A stretch of 64,000 bases of DNA from an uncultured delta proteobacterium. Lineage in GTDB: Bacteria > Myxococcota > Myxococcia > Myxococcales > Anaeromyxobacteraceae. Position 1 is the stretch's first letter, and each line of letters starts with the position of its first letter. Shown here piece by piece: positions 10,681 through 20,662 of the stretch. The notes beneath the pieces were generated by a model. The model saw only the letters and a list, made by a program, of their open reading frames with translations. It had not been told where the DNA came from and did no database searches. The translations under genes and the position numbers were made by a program. The stretch is taken from positions 128,001 through 192,000 of the forward strand of contig CAWHDZ010000030.1 of the NCBI GenBank assembly GCA_963828255.1. The letters are read 5' to 3'.

Positions 10681-11301
10681 ATGCGCCTCGTACTCGCCGT
10701 CGCCGCCTGGGCGCTCGTCTCGACCTTCCCCCAGGGGAAGCTCTACCGGATGGAGCGGGAGGAGAGCGACCTCGTCGCCCTCCGGGCCGAGGGGCGCATC
10801 CAGGCTCCGGCCTGGGCGGTCCGGGACGTGCTCCGTCGCGGCTTCGAGAGCGACCGGATCTCCCCCTACCTGGCCCAGCGCAAGGTGCTCCACGCCGAGG
10901 GCTGCCGGCCGGGGGCGAAGGACCTCCCCGGTTGCAAGAAGGTGTGGGTCTACGAGCGGTACGAGCCGCCCCTCATGAGCGCCCGCGACTACGCCTTCCA
11001 CATGGAGGTCGCGGTGGACGACGTGGACGACGGCGGGGACTTCGAGCTCCGCTGGCAGCTCGACGAGCGCCACGGCGCGCCGCCCGAGGGGGCCGTCCAC
11101 ATGCGCCGGAACACCGGCGCCTGGGAGATCTCCCCGTCCGGCAGGGACGAGAGCAGGTTCACCTACCGGATCGACATCGACCCGGGCGGCAGCGTGGCCA
11201 GCTGGATCGTCAACATGGCGAACAAGTCGCAGGTGCCGTCGGTGATCGCGGCCGTCGAGGACGAGGCCCGGAAGCGGGTCGCGGCCCGGGCCCAGAAGTA
11301 G
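10681..11301 (+). CDS. Secreted START/SRPBCC-domain protein
   Basis: Signal-like N-terminus; PPLMSARDY, GAWEI, DPGGSVASWIVN are typical of START domains. Confidence 0.75.
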   Translation: MRLVLAVAAWALVSTFPQGKLYRMEREESDLVALRAEGRIQAPAWAVRDVLRRGFESDRISPYLAQRKVLHAEGCRPGAKDLPGCKKVWVYERYEPPLMSARDYAFHMEVAVDDVDDGGDFELRWQLDERHGAPPEGAVHMRRNTGAWEISPSGRDESRFTYRIDIDPGGSVASWIVNMANKSQVPSVIAAVEDEARKRVAARAQK

Positions 11302-11309
11302 GAGGGGGC

Positions 11310-12251
11310 ATGCGCATCGCCGTCGTCGGAGCCGGGGCAGTGGGAGGCGTCTTCGGGGGACTCCTGGCCCACGCCGGGCACGAGGTCGCGTTCGTGGCCC
11401 GGGGCGAGCACCTCGAGGCCATCCGGGCCGGGGGGCTCAAGGTCCACGGCCCCTGGGGAACGCACCTGGTCCATCCGCGGGCCGCTGCCGAGCCCGCCGC
11501 CCTGGCGGCCGCGGGCCCCTTCGACGCCGTGCTGGTCTGCGTGAAGGCCGGGCAGGTGGCGGAGATCGCCCCGTCGCTCCGCGCGCTGGTCGGGGAGGGG
11601 ACCGTGGTCATCCCCCTGCAGAACGGGGTCGAGGCCGCCGGGGTGCTCTCCGGGGTGCTCGGTGCGGAGCGGGTGGCGGGAGGCCTGTGCCACGTCTTCG
11701 CCTGGCGCGAGGGACCGGGCGAGGTGCGGACCACGGGCGCCCCGCTCCAGGTCACGATTGGTGAAATCGGCCGGCCCCCGGGCCCGAGGCTCGCCCGGCT
11801 GGCCGAGGCGATCCGCGAATCCGGCGCCGGGGCGGTGCTGGCCGCCGACGTCGAGGCCGCGGCCTGGGAGAAGTTCCTCTTCATCGACCCCTTCGGAAGC
11901 GTCGGAGCCGTCACCCGGGCGCCGCTCGGGGTGACCCGGTCGGAGCCCAGGACCCGGGCCCTGCTCGTCGCCGCGGTGGAGGAGGTGGCGGCGGTCGCCC
12001 GGGCGCGGGGCGTGGCCCTCCCGGCCGACGCGGTGGCGCGGACCCTGGCCCGCTACGACGAGCTGCCGGCCGAGGCCACCGCCTCCATGCAGCGGGACGT
12101 TGCCGCCGGCCGCCCGTCCGAGCTGCACGAGCAGACCGGCGCGGTGGTGCGCCTCGGGGAGGCCGCCGGAGCCGCGGTTCCCGTCCACCGGCTCCTCTAC
12201 GCCGCCCTGCTCCCCCAGGAGGCAGCGGCGCGCCGGGTCGGGTCGGGGTAG
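11310..12251 (+). CDS. panE: 2-dehydropantoate 2-reductase
   Basis: MRIAVVGAGAVGG, LQNG, WEKF, SMQRDVAAGRPSE; GGAGG RBS upstream. Confidence 0.92.
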   Translation: MRIAVVGAGAVGGVFGGLLAHAGHEVAFVARGEHLEAIRAGGLKVHGPWGTHLVHPRAAAEPAALAAAGPFDAVLVCVKAGQVAEIAPSLRALVGEGTVVIPLQNGVEAAGVLSGVLGAERVAGGLCHVFAWREGPGEVRTTGAPLQVTIGEIGRPPGPRLARLAEAIRESGAGAVLAADVEAAAWEKFLFIDPFGSVGAVTRAPLGVTRSEPRTRALLVAAVEEVAAVARARGVALPADAVARTLARYDELPAEATASMQRDVAAGRPSELHEQTGAVVRLGEAAGAAVPVHRLLYAALLPQEAAARRVGSG

Positions 12252-12260
12252 AGTCGCCGG

Positions 12261-13910
12261 ATGTCCTGGACGACCCTCCGCGTGGCCAGCCTGGCCGCCC
12301 TCGTCACCCTCGCCTCCGCCTGCGACCAGGCGCCGCCCCCCCCGACCATCGTCGTCACCGTGGCGCCGGAGGTGGCGGCCGTCGATCCCGGGAAGACCCA
12401 GCCCTTCGTGGCCACGGTCTCCGGCATCGCCAACCAAGCGGTGGTCTGGTCGGTGACGGAGGCGGGCGGAGGCACAGTCACCGCCGCCGGCATCTACACC
12501 GCCCCCGCGGCCAGCGGGACCTACCACGTGGTGGCGACGAGCCAGGTGGACCGGACCCGCCAGGCCACCGCCACGGTCTACGTGGGTGGCTCCGGGACCT
12601 GCCTCCTCAACACGCCCCAGCCGAGCGCGCTGCCCGCGGCGCAGGTGGTCTCGCTGGGCACCCATGCGGTCGGCGACACCGTGACCTTCGCCGTCCCCGC
12701 CGGGACCGGGAGCGTGACCATCCTGCAGCAGGGGGTGGAGCAGCTGGCCGCCCGGTCGGTCACCTGGAGCGGGGTGCGGCTCGAGAACACCGTCGTTCCA
12801 CTCACGGTGAGCGTGGACGGCGTGAAGTACTTCGACGACTCGATCATTCCCCCCGACGACCCGGCAGAGTGGGGACCGCCCGACGGCACCGGGGTGGGCG
12901 CCATCTATTCGTACATCCCGTCCCCCTGGACCGGGGCCATGACCGTGCCCAACACCTCGAGCGCCCTCCAGTACGTGGCGGACCACGGCGGGGTGCCGTC
13001 CGGAACCTGGTCGGTGGTGGTGAACGACTACGCCGCGGAGTGCAAGGCGCTGGGCCCGCCCGGCTGCCTGGTGGGCGACGGGACGACCGCCTACCCGGAC
13101 GGCCGGTACGACGTGACGGTGCTGGTGAAGCCCGGCGCGGTGGCCTCCACCGGGACCATGGACGTGAACCTCCACCTGGTGACCAACCGCTACACGGCGG
13201 CCAGCGCCGCCGCCGACCCCTCGATGGCCCGCATGCGCGAAACCCTCGCGACCTACCTGGCCCGCGCCGGGATCGCGCTGGGGGCGGTCAACTTCGTGGA
13301 CGAGTCGGCCACGGTGAAGGCCCGCTACGCCGGCGGCGTGAGCGTGGACGACCTCTCCCCCTGCGGCGAGGTGGCCACCGTGCTGCGCCTGGCGGTCCCG
13401 GGGAACGCCATGAGCCTCTTCCTGGTGAACAGCCTGACCACCTCGCTGGGCGGCTACACGGTGGTCGGCCAGGACGGGACCATCCCCGGGCCGGCGTCGG
13501 TGGGAGGGACGGTGGCGAGCGGGGCGCTGGTGTCGATCGAGGACCTGGCGCAGACCATCACTCCAACGTCCTGCCAGGGGGCCATCGACCTCAGGGCCTG
13601 CGGGGCCGACATGACCGCCTACATCGGCGCCCACGAGACCGGCCACTTCCTCGGCCTCTACCACGTCACCGAGAGCGCCGGCACGCTCTTCGACCCGGTC
13701 AAGGACACGCCCCTCTGCCAGGTCTCGGTGTGCGCGCCCGGCAAGGTGGAAGTGGTGAACGCCGAGTGCACGAAGCAGCTCGTGGACCCGGCCAGCACCT
13801 GCGGCGGCGGCGACAACCTCATGTTCTGGCTGGTGGACCAGGTGCTCTCCACCGGGACCATCTCGGCCCAGCAGTCCAGCATCGTCCGGGCCAGCCCGGC
13901 CGTCCGATAG
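12261..13910 (+). CDS. Lipoprotein with an Ig-like domain and a C-terminal metzincin zinc-metalloprotease domain
   Basis: Lipobox LASAC; Ig-like VVWSV...GIYTAP; HETGHFLGLYH (HExxHxxGxxH) with NLMF Met-turn. Confidence 0.8.
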   Translation: MSWTTLRVASLAALVTLASACDQAPPPPTIVVTVAPEVAAVDPGKTQPFVATVSGIANQAVVWSVTEAGGGTVTAAGIYTAPAASGTYHVVATSQVDRTRQATATVYVGGSGTCLLNTPQPSALPAAQVVSLGTHAVGDTVTFAVPAGTGSVTILQQGVEQLAARSVTWSGVRLENTVVPLTVSVDGVKYFDDSIIPPDDPAEWGPPDGTGVGAIYSYIPSPWTGAMTVPNTSSALQYVADHGGVPSGTWSVVVNDYAAECKALGPPGCLVGDGTTAYPDGRYDVTVLVKPGAVASTGTMDVNLHLVTNRYTAASAAADPSMARMRETLATYLARAGIALGAVNFVDESATVKARYAGGVSVDDLSPCGEVATVLRLAVPGNAMSLFLVNSLTTSLGGYTVVGQDGTIPGPASVGGTVASGALVSIEDLAQTITPTSCQGAIDLRACGADMTAYIGAHETGHFLGLYHVTESAGTLFDPVKDTPLCQVSVCAPGKVEVVNAECTKQLVDPASTCGGGDNLMFWLVDQVLSTGTISAQQSSIVRASPAVR

Positions 13911-13919
13911 GAGCCCGCC

Positions 13920-14456
13920 ATGCACGCCGCCACAGCGCTCCTCGCCGTCCTCCTCCAGGCCGCTCCCGCCATGACCGATGCGGAGGTGAGGGGGCGCGTC
14001 GAGGCCCTGCTCGGCGCCATCGACCGTCCCATCCGCGCCGAGCAATGGAAGGCGCTCGGCCCCGCGGCCATCCCGGTGCTCGTCGAGGTCGCGGCCGGGG
14101 GCGACCAGATGCCGTCGAGGCGGTCCAAGGCGCTCGGGGCGCTGGCCGCCGTGGACCCCGGCCAGGCCGAGCCGCTGGCCCGCGCGCTCGCCGACGCCGA
14201 CGGCGCACCGCTCACCGTCCGCGAGACGGCGGTGCGGGTGCTGGGGCGGATGCTCCCCCCGGCGGGGCTCCGCGCTGCGCTGGCGCCGGTGCTGCGGGCT
14301 GCGCCGGATGCGGCGCTGCGGGCCGTGGCCGCCGAGACCCTGGCGCGCCACGCGCCCGGGATGGCCTGCCCCGAGGTGATGGACCAGGCCTCGCTCGAGC
14401 CGGCCCTCGACCGGGTGGCCTTCGAGCGGGCCGCGGCGCTCTGCTCCGGACGCTAG
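13920..14456 (+). CDS. Secreted HEAT-repeat-like helical protein
   Basis: Signal peptide; Ala/Leu-rich helical repeats (ALGALAAV, VRETAVRVLG, LRAVAAETLA). Confidence 0.65.
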   Translation: MHAATALLAVLLQAAPAMTDAEVRGRVEALLGAIDRPIRAEQWKALGPAAIPVLVEVAAGGDQMPSRRSKALGALAAVDPGQAEPLARALADADGAPLTVRETAVRVLGRMLPPAGLRAALAPVLRAAPDAALRAVAAETLARHAPGMACPEVMDQASLEPALDRVAFERAAALCSGR

Positions 14457-14481
14457 ATCGGCCGCCGGGCCGGGCTCCGGG

Positions 14482-16233
14482 TCAGATGGTGTCCCAGGTG
14501 TAGCCTTCCTTCTCGAAGGCGTGGTCAGCCACCAGCTTCACCAGCTCGTCGTCGTTGTCGTCGATGCGGTTCAGGTTGCTGCGCATGCGGCGGCGGGCCC
14601 GGCCGGCGAAGATTTCCAGGATGGCGAGCTCCTGCGCCGCGCCCTCCTCCCCCCTGGCCTCGACGGCGGAGTTGACGCGCGAGAGCACGGTGGAGAGGAC
14701 GAAGAGGTCGATGAGGATGTCGGCCAGCCGGTGGGTGGCGAACTGCTTGCCCACCACCTTGCCCCCGTGCTTGCGGAGGATCCGGTCGGCGGCCAGCGCC
14801 ACGTCGCGGGTGCCCTCCTCGACCACGGTGGCCGCCTTCTTCACCGCCGGTACGAGCAGGGTGAAGCTGCGCCGCTCGCCCACCAGGCCAGTGGCCAGCG
14901 AGGCCCGCTTGCGGGCGTAGCCGGAGAGGACGCCGAAGCCCTTGATGGGGTCGGCCACCCCGCTCTTCACCACCCCGGCGATCTCCTTCAGTTGCTGCCC
15001 CACGTCGTTCATCGCCATGAGCGCGATGAAGAGCCGCAAGATCTCGTTGGTCCCCTCGAAGATGCGGTTGATGCGGCTGTCGCGCATCGCCTTCTCGTAG
15101 GGGAACTCCCGCATGTAGCCGTTGCCGCCGGCGACCTGCAGGGCCTCGTCGGAGGTGCGCCAGAGGGCCTCGGTGGCGAAGACCTTGGAGATGGCCGCCT
15201 CCACCGCGTAGTCCTCGTACCCCTGGTCGATGAGGCCGGCCACCATGCTCACCACCGACTCGGCGGCGAAGGTGTCCACCACCATGATGCCCACCTTCTC
15301 CTTGATCATGCCGAACTCGGAGATGGGGCGGCCGAACTGCTGCCGCTCCACCGCCTGCTTGGCCGAGAGCGCGATGAGCCGCTTCATGCCCCCCACTGCG
15401 CCGCCACCCAGGCCGGTGCGGCCGGAGTTGAGGATGCGCATGGCGGCCTTGAAGCCCTGCCCCACGCCACCCAGGACGTGGTCGCCGGGGACGCGCACCT
15501 CGTCGAGGCGCACCGTGGTTGTCGAACTGGCCCGGATCCCCATCTTGTCCTCGTGGGGGCCGGTGGAGACGCCGGGCAGGTCGCGGGTGACGACGAAGGC
15601 GGTCAGCGCCGCCTTCCCCTTCGACTGCACGTCCGGGGTCTTGGCGAAGACCGTGAAGAAGTCCGCCATTCCCCCGTTTGTGATCCAGATCTTCTCGCCG
15701 TTCAGGATCCAGTCGTTGCCGTCGCGCCGCGCCGTGGTGCGGACCGCGGCGGCATCGGAGCCGGCGCCCGGCTCGGTGAGGCAGAAGGCGGCGATCATCT
15801 CTCCGGTGGAGAGCTTCGGCATCCAGCGGGCCTTCTGCGCGTCGGTGCCGAAGAGGAGCAGGCCGCGCATGCCGATGGAGCTGTGTGCACCCACGGTGAG
15901 GGCCACCGAGCCGTCGAACTTGGCGATCTCCTGGAGCACGCGGGAGTAGGCCGTGGAGCCGAAGCCGATCCCGCCGTGGGCCTCCGGGATGACGAGGCCG
16001 AAGAGGCCGAACTGGCGCAGCTCCTCGAGGAAGGCGCCGGGCATCTCGGCCTTCGCGTCCCACTCCCGGAACTCCTTCTCCCGGCCGCCGAGCAGCTGCC
16101 GCACCGAGGCGAGCACCTGGCCGAGCGTCTCCTTCTCCCCTTCGGCCATCTCCGGGAAGGGGACGATGATCTCTTCCTCGATCTCCCCCATGCAGAGGGA
16201 CTGGACGTAGCTGGCGGTCTTCCGGTCGGGCAC
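14482..16233 (-). CDS. Acyl-CoA dehydrogenase (ACAD9/VLCAD-like long form)
   Basis: AFCLTEPGAGSD, LNGEKIWITNG, KMGIRASST, QVAGGNGYM, RIFEGTNEILR. Confidence 0.95.
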   Translation of the reverse strand: MPDRKTASYVQSLCMGEIEEEIIVPFPEMAEGEKETLGQVLASVRQLLGGREKEFREWDAKAEMPGAFLEELRQFGLFGLVIPEAHGGIGFGSTAYSRVLQEIAKFDGSVALTVGAHSSIGMRGLLLFGTDAQKARWMPKLSTGEMIAAFCLTEPGAGSDAAAVRTTARRDGNDWILNGEKIWITNGGMADFFTVFAKTPDVQSKGKAALTAFVVTRDLPGVSTGPHEDKMGIRASSTTTVRLDEVRVPGDHVLGGVGQGFKAAMRILNSGRTGLGGGAVGGMKRLIALSAKQAVERQQFGRPISEFGMIKEKVGIMVVDTFAAESVVSMVAGLIDQGYEDYAVEAAISKVFATEALWRTSDEALQVAGGNGYMREFPYEKAMRDSRINRIFEGTNEILRLFIALMAMNDVGQQLKEIAGVVKSGVADPIKGFGVLSGYARKRASLATGLVGERRSFTLLVPAVKKAATVVEEGTRDVALAADRILRKHGGKVVGKQFATHRLADILIDLFVLSTVLSRVNSAVEARGEEGAAQELAILEIFAGRARRRMRSNLNRIDDNDDELVKLVADHAFEKEGYTWDTI

Positions 16234-16305
16234 GGGATCCTCCTGATTCGAGAATCAACATTTTGACGCGACGCGGTAGCCGATGCAACTGGGAAACAGG
16301 CCGGG

Positions 16306-17247
16306 TCACATCAGCTTGTAGACCAGGACCAGTTCCGTGAAGGTATCCCAGGGGTTGGCCAGCGGCTGGTAGCCGGCCGCCCAGGAGAACCCGGCCGGCG
16401 GGGGCCTCGGCGCGGGTGCGGAGTCGTAGAGCGCCCGGAAGCGGAAGCCCATGCTCCCGTCGCCGAAGATCTTCCAGGTCACGCCCAGCTTCCCGACGGC
16501 CCGGTTGTCGCCGAACGCGCCCACGCGGCCGGTGGGGGTGTTCTGCTCGCTCAGGTTGCCGAGGTACTCGACGCTGGCGTTGTAGGAGAGGTCCTTGGTC
16601 GGGTTCCCCAGGTAGCCCAGGAAGGCGCGGACCGCGGCGAAGTTGATGGAGTTCGGGTCGCCCACCACGTAGCGCTGGTACGAGTAGTCGAGGCCGGCCT
16701 CGCCGATGAGCTCGCCCGTGGCATTCCGGAACAGGACGCGTGAGTAGCCGGCCTGCACGCTGCCCACGAACTGCTTGCCCGCCGGGATGTCGCCGCCCGC
16801 GAGGATGAGCCCGTACACGCCGTTCATCGGGTCGAAGAAGTGGTCGTAGCGGAGCCGGGTGCCCCAGGCCTCGGAGACCGACTGGGTGATGTCCAGGACC
16901 TCGTTGGGAGTGATCACCCCGTCCGCCGGGTCGTTGTCGACGGCGGTCTGCACGGTGCTGCGCTGGAAGGCGACCGTGGCGTCGAAGGTCAGGAGGTCGC
17001 TGTCCCCGAAGCGGTGCGAGACCATCCCCGCGCCGGTGAAGTTGACGCTCTGTGCGTTTCCCGTGGTCATGCCGAAGCCGGCCGTGACCGACGCCGCCCA
17101 GGGCGGAAGCTTCGCCACGTCGTCGGCCTTCCCGTGAGCGAACTTGGGGTCGTCGGCCCGTGCGGGGGCGGGGACGAGGTGGAGAGCCGCGGCCAGGGCT
17201 CCGAGCAGGAAGAAACGGCCGGACTTGGTGGCTGGTTGGAATCGCAT
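16306..17247 (-). CDS. Outer-membrane beta-barrel protein (DUF481-like)
   Basis: Signal peptide; TTGNAQS; alternating beta-strand pattern; C-terminus LVLVYKLM. Confidence 0.7.
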   Translation of the reverse strand: MRFQPATKSGRFFLLGALAAALHLVPAPARADDPKFAHGKADDVAKLPPWAASVTAGFGMTTGNAQSVNFTGAGMVSHRFGDSDLLTFDATVAFQRSTVQTAVDNDPADGVITPNEVLDITQSVSEAWGTRLRYDHFFDPMNGVYGLILAGGDIPAGKQFVGSVQAGYSRVLFRNATGELIGEAGLDYSYQRYVVGDPNSINFAAVRAFLGYLGNPTKDLSYNASVEYLGNLSEQNTPTGRVGAFGDNRAVGKLGVTWKIFGDGSMGFRFRALYDSAPAPRPPPAGFSWAAGYQPLANPWDTFTELVLVYKLM

Positions 17248-17299
17248 TTTCGAACCCCTCCGGGAAAAGGACGCCGGGGATGGTAGTCGAACCGGCTCG

Positions 17300-18196
17300 C
17301 TAGCGCTCCTCGATGTCGATGCGCCAGCCCATCTGCTCCTCGGCGTCGGCAGCCAGCGCCCGGCCCGGCGCTCCGCCGGAGAGGCCGGCCCGGACGCGGA
17401 CCCAGGCCGAGAGCGCCCAGAGCTCCTCCGGGGGAACGGCGGCGTACGACGGCATGGGGGTCCCGTCGAGGCCGGTCGCGAGGGTGAGCCAGAGATCGGG
17501 GAGCGAGTTCCCGCGCCGGAAGCGCCCCGCCGAGAAGGGCAGCGGCCGGATGGGGGTGCCTCCGTCGCGGCGCAGCGTCGGCGCCGACGGTCCGTCCCCC
17601 TCGCCGGCCTCCCCGTGGCACTTCCCGCACCCGTTCTGGACCCAGGCGGCCGCCCCGAGCGCGACGAGCGCCGGGGTCTCGGCCGGCGCCGGCGGGACCA
17701 CCACCGGATCTCCCGCCCCCTCCTCCCGGAAGCGCGGCGAGAAGGACTTCACGTGCTCCACCACCGCCCAGCGCTCGGCGTCCCCGAGCCAGTTCCAGGG
17801 GATCATGGCCGTGCCGTGCACGCCCCGGGAGACGGTGCGGAAGAGGTCCAGGTCGGTGGGCAGGGCCCCGGTCGGGGTGGAGCGGAACCCGTATACACCC
17901 TTGGTGAAATCGCGGGCCGGCACGGTGAGGCGCGCGGCGTGGATGCCCTTGCCGTTGCCGTTCACGCCGTGGCAGGGGATGCAGCGGAGCCGGTAGACCT
18001 CCGCGCCCAGCGCCAGGAAGCCCCGGTCCACCGGGGGGCGAGCCGCGGCCGGTGCGCCGTCGGGGGTGGCCCCGGCGAGCCAGAGGCGCACGCCGTCCTG
18101 GGCTGCCGGGGGGATGCCGCGGGTGGCCGGGGGAGGCCTCTCGCAGGCGCAGAGGGCCGCGGAGAGCAGGAAGGGGATGGCGAACGGTCTGCGCAC
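17300..18196 (-). CDS. Diheme c-type cytochrome (probable lipoprotein)
   Basis: CIPCH and CGKCH motifs, each followed by GTAM/GTPM axial Met; LCAC lipobox-like. Confidence 0.88.
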   Translation of the reverse strand: MRRPFAIPFLLSAALCACERPPPATRGIPPAAQDGVRLWLAGATPDGAPAAARPPVDRGFLALGAEVYRLRCIPCHGVNGNGKGIHAARLTVPARDFTKGVYGFRSTPTGALPTDLDLFRTVSRGVHGTAMIPWNWLGDAERWAVVEHVKSFSPRFREEGAGDPVVVPPAPAETPALVALGAAAWVQNGCGKCHGEAGEGDGPSAPTLRRDGGTPIRPLPFSAGRFRRGNSLPDLWLTLATGLDGTPMPSYAAVPPEELWALSAWVRVRAGLSGGAPGRALAADAEEQMGWRIDIEER

Positions 18197-18313
18197 GCGC
18201 CGAGTCTAACCGGCCCCGCCGCCCTGCGCGGCCCGGGGAGCCCGGCGTCAAACCCGATCGGGGGTGCCGTTTTGGGGGGGCGCTCCTCGACGAGACGCAC
18301 TACATTTCGCGAC

Positions 18314-18478
18314 ATGCGCCCTGTCCGCCGCCTGATCAAGACGGAGATCGTGCTCCCGCAGTCTCGGGCGGGACGGGCGCTCGTCATCGGCGGCCTCGTC
18401 GCCGGGGGCACGGTAGCGGTGATGATGGTCGCCCTCTTCACGGCCTTCATCTTCGAAACGGTCCGTACGTACAGGTAG
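18314..18478 (+). CDS. Small membrane protein (54 aa)
   Basis: ATG at 18314 gives MRPVRRLIKTEIVLPQSRAGRALVIGGLVAGGTVAVMMVALFTAFIFETVRTYR; one TM helix; typical codon usage. Confidence 0.55.
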   Translation: MRPVRRLIKTEIVLPQSRAGRALVIGGLVAGGTVAVMMVALFTAFIFETVRTYR

Positions 18479-18545
18479 CGACCCGTTCCGCTGGCGGGGA
18501 ATTGCCGCCGCCTGCTAGTGTTCCGGGACCGAGGGGAGCGTCTTC

Positions 18546-19523
18546 GTGTCGAACGTCGGGGCCTTCGTCCAGAATCCGCGCAAGTTTCCGAGGGTCCAGG
18601 CCAGGTACCGCGTGGTGGTGAGCCACGCGGGCGCCGGGTGGTCCGCGGAGACCTACGACATCTCGGCCACCGGCTGCCAGATCGTCACTCCCCGTCTCCT
18701 CCAGATCGGCTCGGCGACCAAGCTGGTCATCGAGGTCCCGAATCTCCCCCCGCCGCTCTCGGTGTTCGGCTCGGTGGCCTGGGTGGCCGACCAGGGGCGC
18801 ATCCGCGCGGGGATCGTCTTCGCCGAGCGGCAGCCCGACGGGGACCCCTCGGCGTGGTTCAAGAAGCTGCTCGCCAGCCAGCCCGGCATCGAGGGCTCGA
18901 TGCGGAAGCTGCCCGAGCGGCTCCCCATGGAGACGAAGCTCTTCCTCCGGCCGCCTCCGCAGTTCATCTTCGACTTCGGCCCGGACGAGGTGGGGCTCCT
19001 CAGGGCGCTCGGCGACGGGACCACCATCGCCAACCTGGTGCGCGCGGGCCCCTTCACGGCGACCCAGGTGGCGCGGATGGTCTTCGCGCTGCTCGAGCAG
19101 AAGGTCATCACCCTCTCGCTCGGCGAGGCGGCCCCGGCCTGGAAGTGGAAGGCCGCGCTCGCCGACTTCGAGTCCCAGGGTGGCGAGCGGCAGCCCGCGT
19201 CGGCGCCTGCCCCACGGCCGGCACCTCCGCCCCCACCGGCTCGCGCTGCCGCCGCAGCCGTGGCAACTCCCGCTCCCGCCCCGGTCGCTCCCGCTCCCGC
19301 AGCCGCGCCGTCAGCCCCCGCTGCAGCGCCACGCCCCCCGGTGGTCCGCACCCCGGAGGCCCAGGAGTGCCTCGATCTCGCCGTCTCCGCGGTCTCGATG
19401 GGGGAGATCTCGACCGCCATCGGGCTCCTGCGCCGGGGCCTCCAGCTCTCGCCACGCGACCCGGAGATCTCCGCCCTGCTCGGCCAGCTCGCCTTCCGCG
19501 ACCGTCAGGTGGGGCAGAAATAG
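18546..19523 (+). CDS. PilZ-domain protein with Pro/Ala linker and C-terminal TPR
   Basis: RKFPR (RxxxR) and DISATG (DxSxxG); C-terminal AIGLLRRGLQLSPRD TPR-like segment. Confidence 0.8.
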   Translation: MSNVGAFVQNPRKFPRVQARYRVVVSHAGAGWSAETYDISATGCQIVTPRLLQIGSATKLVIEVPNLPPPLSVFGSVAWVADQGRIRAGIVFAERQPDGDPSAWFKKLLASQPGIEGSMRKLPERLPMETKLFLRPPPQFIFDFGPDEVGLLRALGDGTTIANLVRAGPFTATQVARMVFALLEQKVITLSLGEAAPAWKWKAALADFESQGGERQPASAPAPRPAPPPPPARAAAAAVATPAPAPVAPAPAAAPSAPAAAPRPPVVRTPEAQECLDLAVSAVSMGEISTAIGLLRRGLQLSPRDPEISALLGQLAFRDRQVGQK

Positions 19524-19534
19524 TCCCGTCCGGC

Positions 19535-20182
19535 ATGCCATCGCTCCCCTTCGACGCCACCTGGCGGAGGGCCTGGGCCGATCCTGGGTTCCGCTGGCGG
19601 CTGCTGCTCACCCCGCCGGCGCTCGTGGCCACGCTCTCGGCGCTGGCCGCGCTGGTGAAGTGGGTGGAGCGAAGGCCCGGCGCGATCCTGGCCGACCCGG
19701 TGCTGGCGCTTCTCCCCCCGCGCGACGTCACCTGGCCCATCTTCACCCTGATCTACGTGGGCATCCTGCTCGCGGTCTCCCTGCTGGTCCGCATGCCGGT
19801 GCGCCTCCTCCTGGGCGTGCAGGCCTACGTCGTGATGGCGCTCCTCCGGATCGTCGTGATGTGGGCCACCCCGCTCGACCCGCCGCCCGGGATGATCGTG
19901 CTCGAGGACCCGCTGGTGCAGCTCTTCGGGGGCGCCTCCCTTCCTCTCACCCGCGACCTCTTCTTCTCCGGCCACACCTCCACGATGTTCCTGCTCTTCC
20001 TCGCCGTCCCCGGGAGGCCCGCCAAGGCCTTCTTCATGGCCTGCACCGCCAGCGTGGCCCTCCTCGTCCTGGTGCAGCACGTCCACTACGCGGTGGACGT
20101 GCTCGCCGCCCCGGCGTTCGCCTATGCCGCCTGGCGGATCGCCCGGAAGGGTTGGCCCTCGGCGGGGGGCGCCCGGAAGTGA
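19535..20182 (+). CDS. PAP2-superfamily membrane protein, sphingomyelin/IPC-synthase-like
   Basis: About six TM segments; DLFFSGHT and HYAVDV motifs. Confidence 0.8.
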   Translation: MPSLPFDATWRRAWADPGFRWRLLLTPPALVATLSALAALVKWVERRPGAILADPVLALLPPRDVTWPIFTLIYVGILLAVSLLVRMPVRLLLGVQAYVVMALLRIVVMWATPLDPPPGMIVLEDPLVQLFGGASLPLTRDLFFSGHTSTMFLLFLAVPGRPAKAFFMACTASVALLVLVQHVHYAVDVLAAPAFAYAAWRIARKGWPSAGGARK

Positions 20183-20219
20183 GGTTCCCCCGTGATCCCT
20201 GGCCGCGTAGGATCCGGGG

Positions 20220-20618
20220 ATGCCAGAGGGTTCGACTCCTGTCCCGGGTTCCCGGCCCCGCGTCCTCGTCGTGGACGACGAGAAGGTCGTGCGCCGGGCG
20301 CTGCAGCGGATCCTGGAGCGGGACGGCCACAAGGTGACGCTGGCCGAGTGCGGCCAGGAGGCAATCGACCTCTACGGCGCGCACTGGGAGGAGATCGACG
20401 TGGTGGTGCTCGACGTCATGATGCCCGACGTCGATGGGCGCGAGGTGCTCCGCCGCATGCGCGAGCTGAATCCGGACGTCCGGGTCATCCTCTCCTCCGG
20501 CTTCACGGTCGAGAGCGATCCCACCCTCTCGGTGGCCGGGACCTGGGTCCTGCAGAAGCCCTACACGCCCGACCAGGTGCGGGCTTCCATCGCCGACGCC
20601 GCGGCCGGGACGAAATAG
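20220..20618 (+). CDS. Single-domain response regulator
   Basis: VLVVDDE, LDVMMPDVDG, ILSSG, LQKPY. Confidence 0.92.
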   Translation: MPEGSTPVPGSRPRVLVVDDEKVVRRALQRILERDGHKVTLAECGQEAIDLYGAHWEEIDVVVLDVMMPDVDGREVLRRMRELNPDVRVILSSGFTVESDPTLSVAGTWVLQKPYTPDQVRASIADAAAGTK

Positions 20619-20662
20619 GCCGGAGGTCCGTGCGTAGGCACTGGAACCCCGGAGGTTCCACC

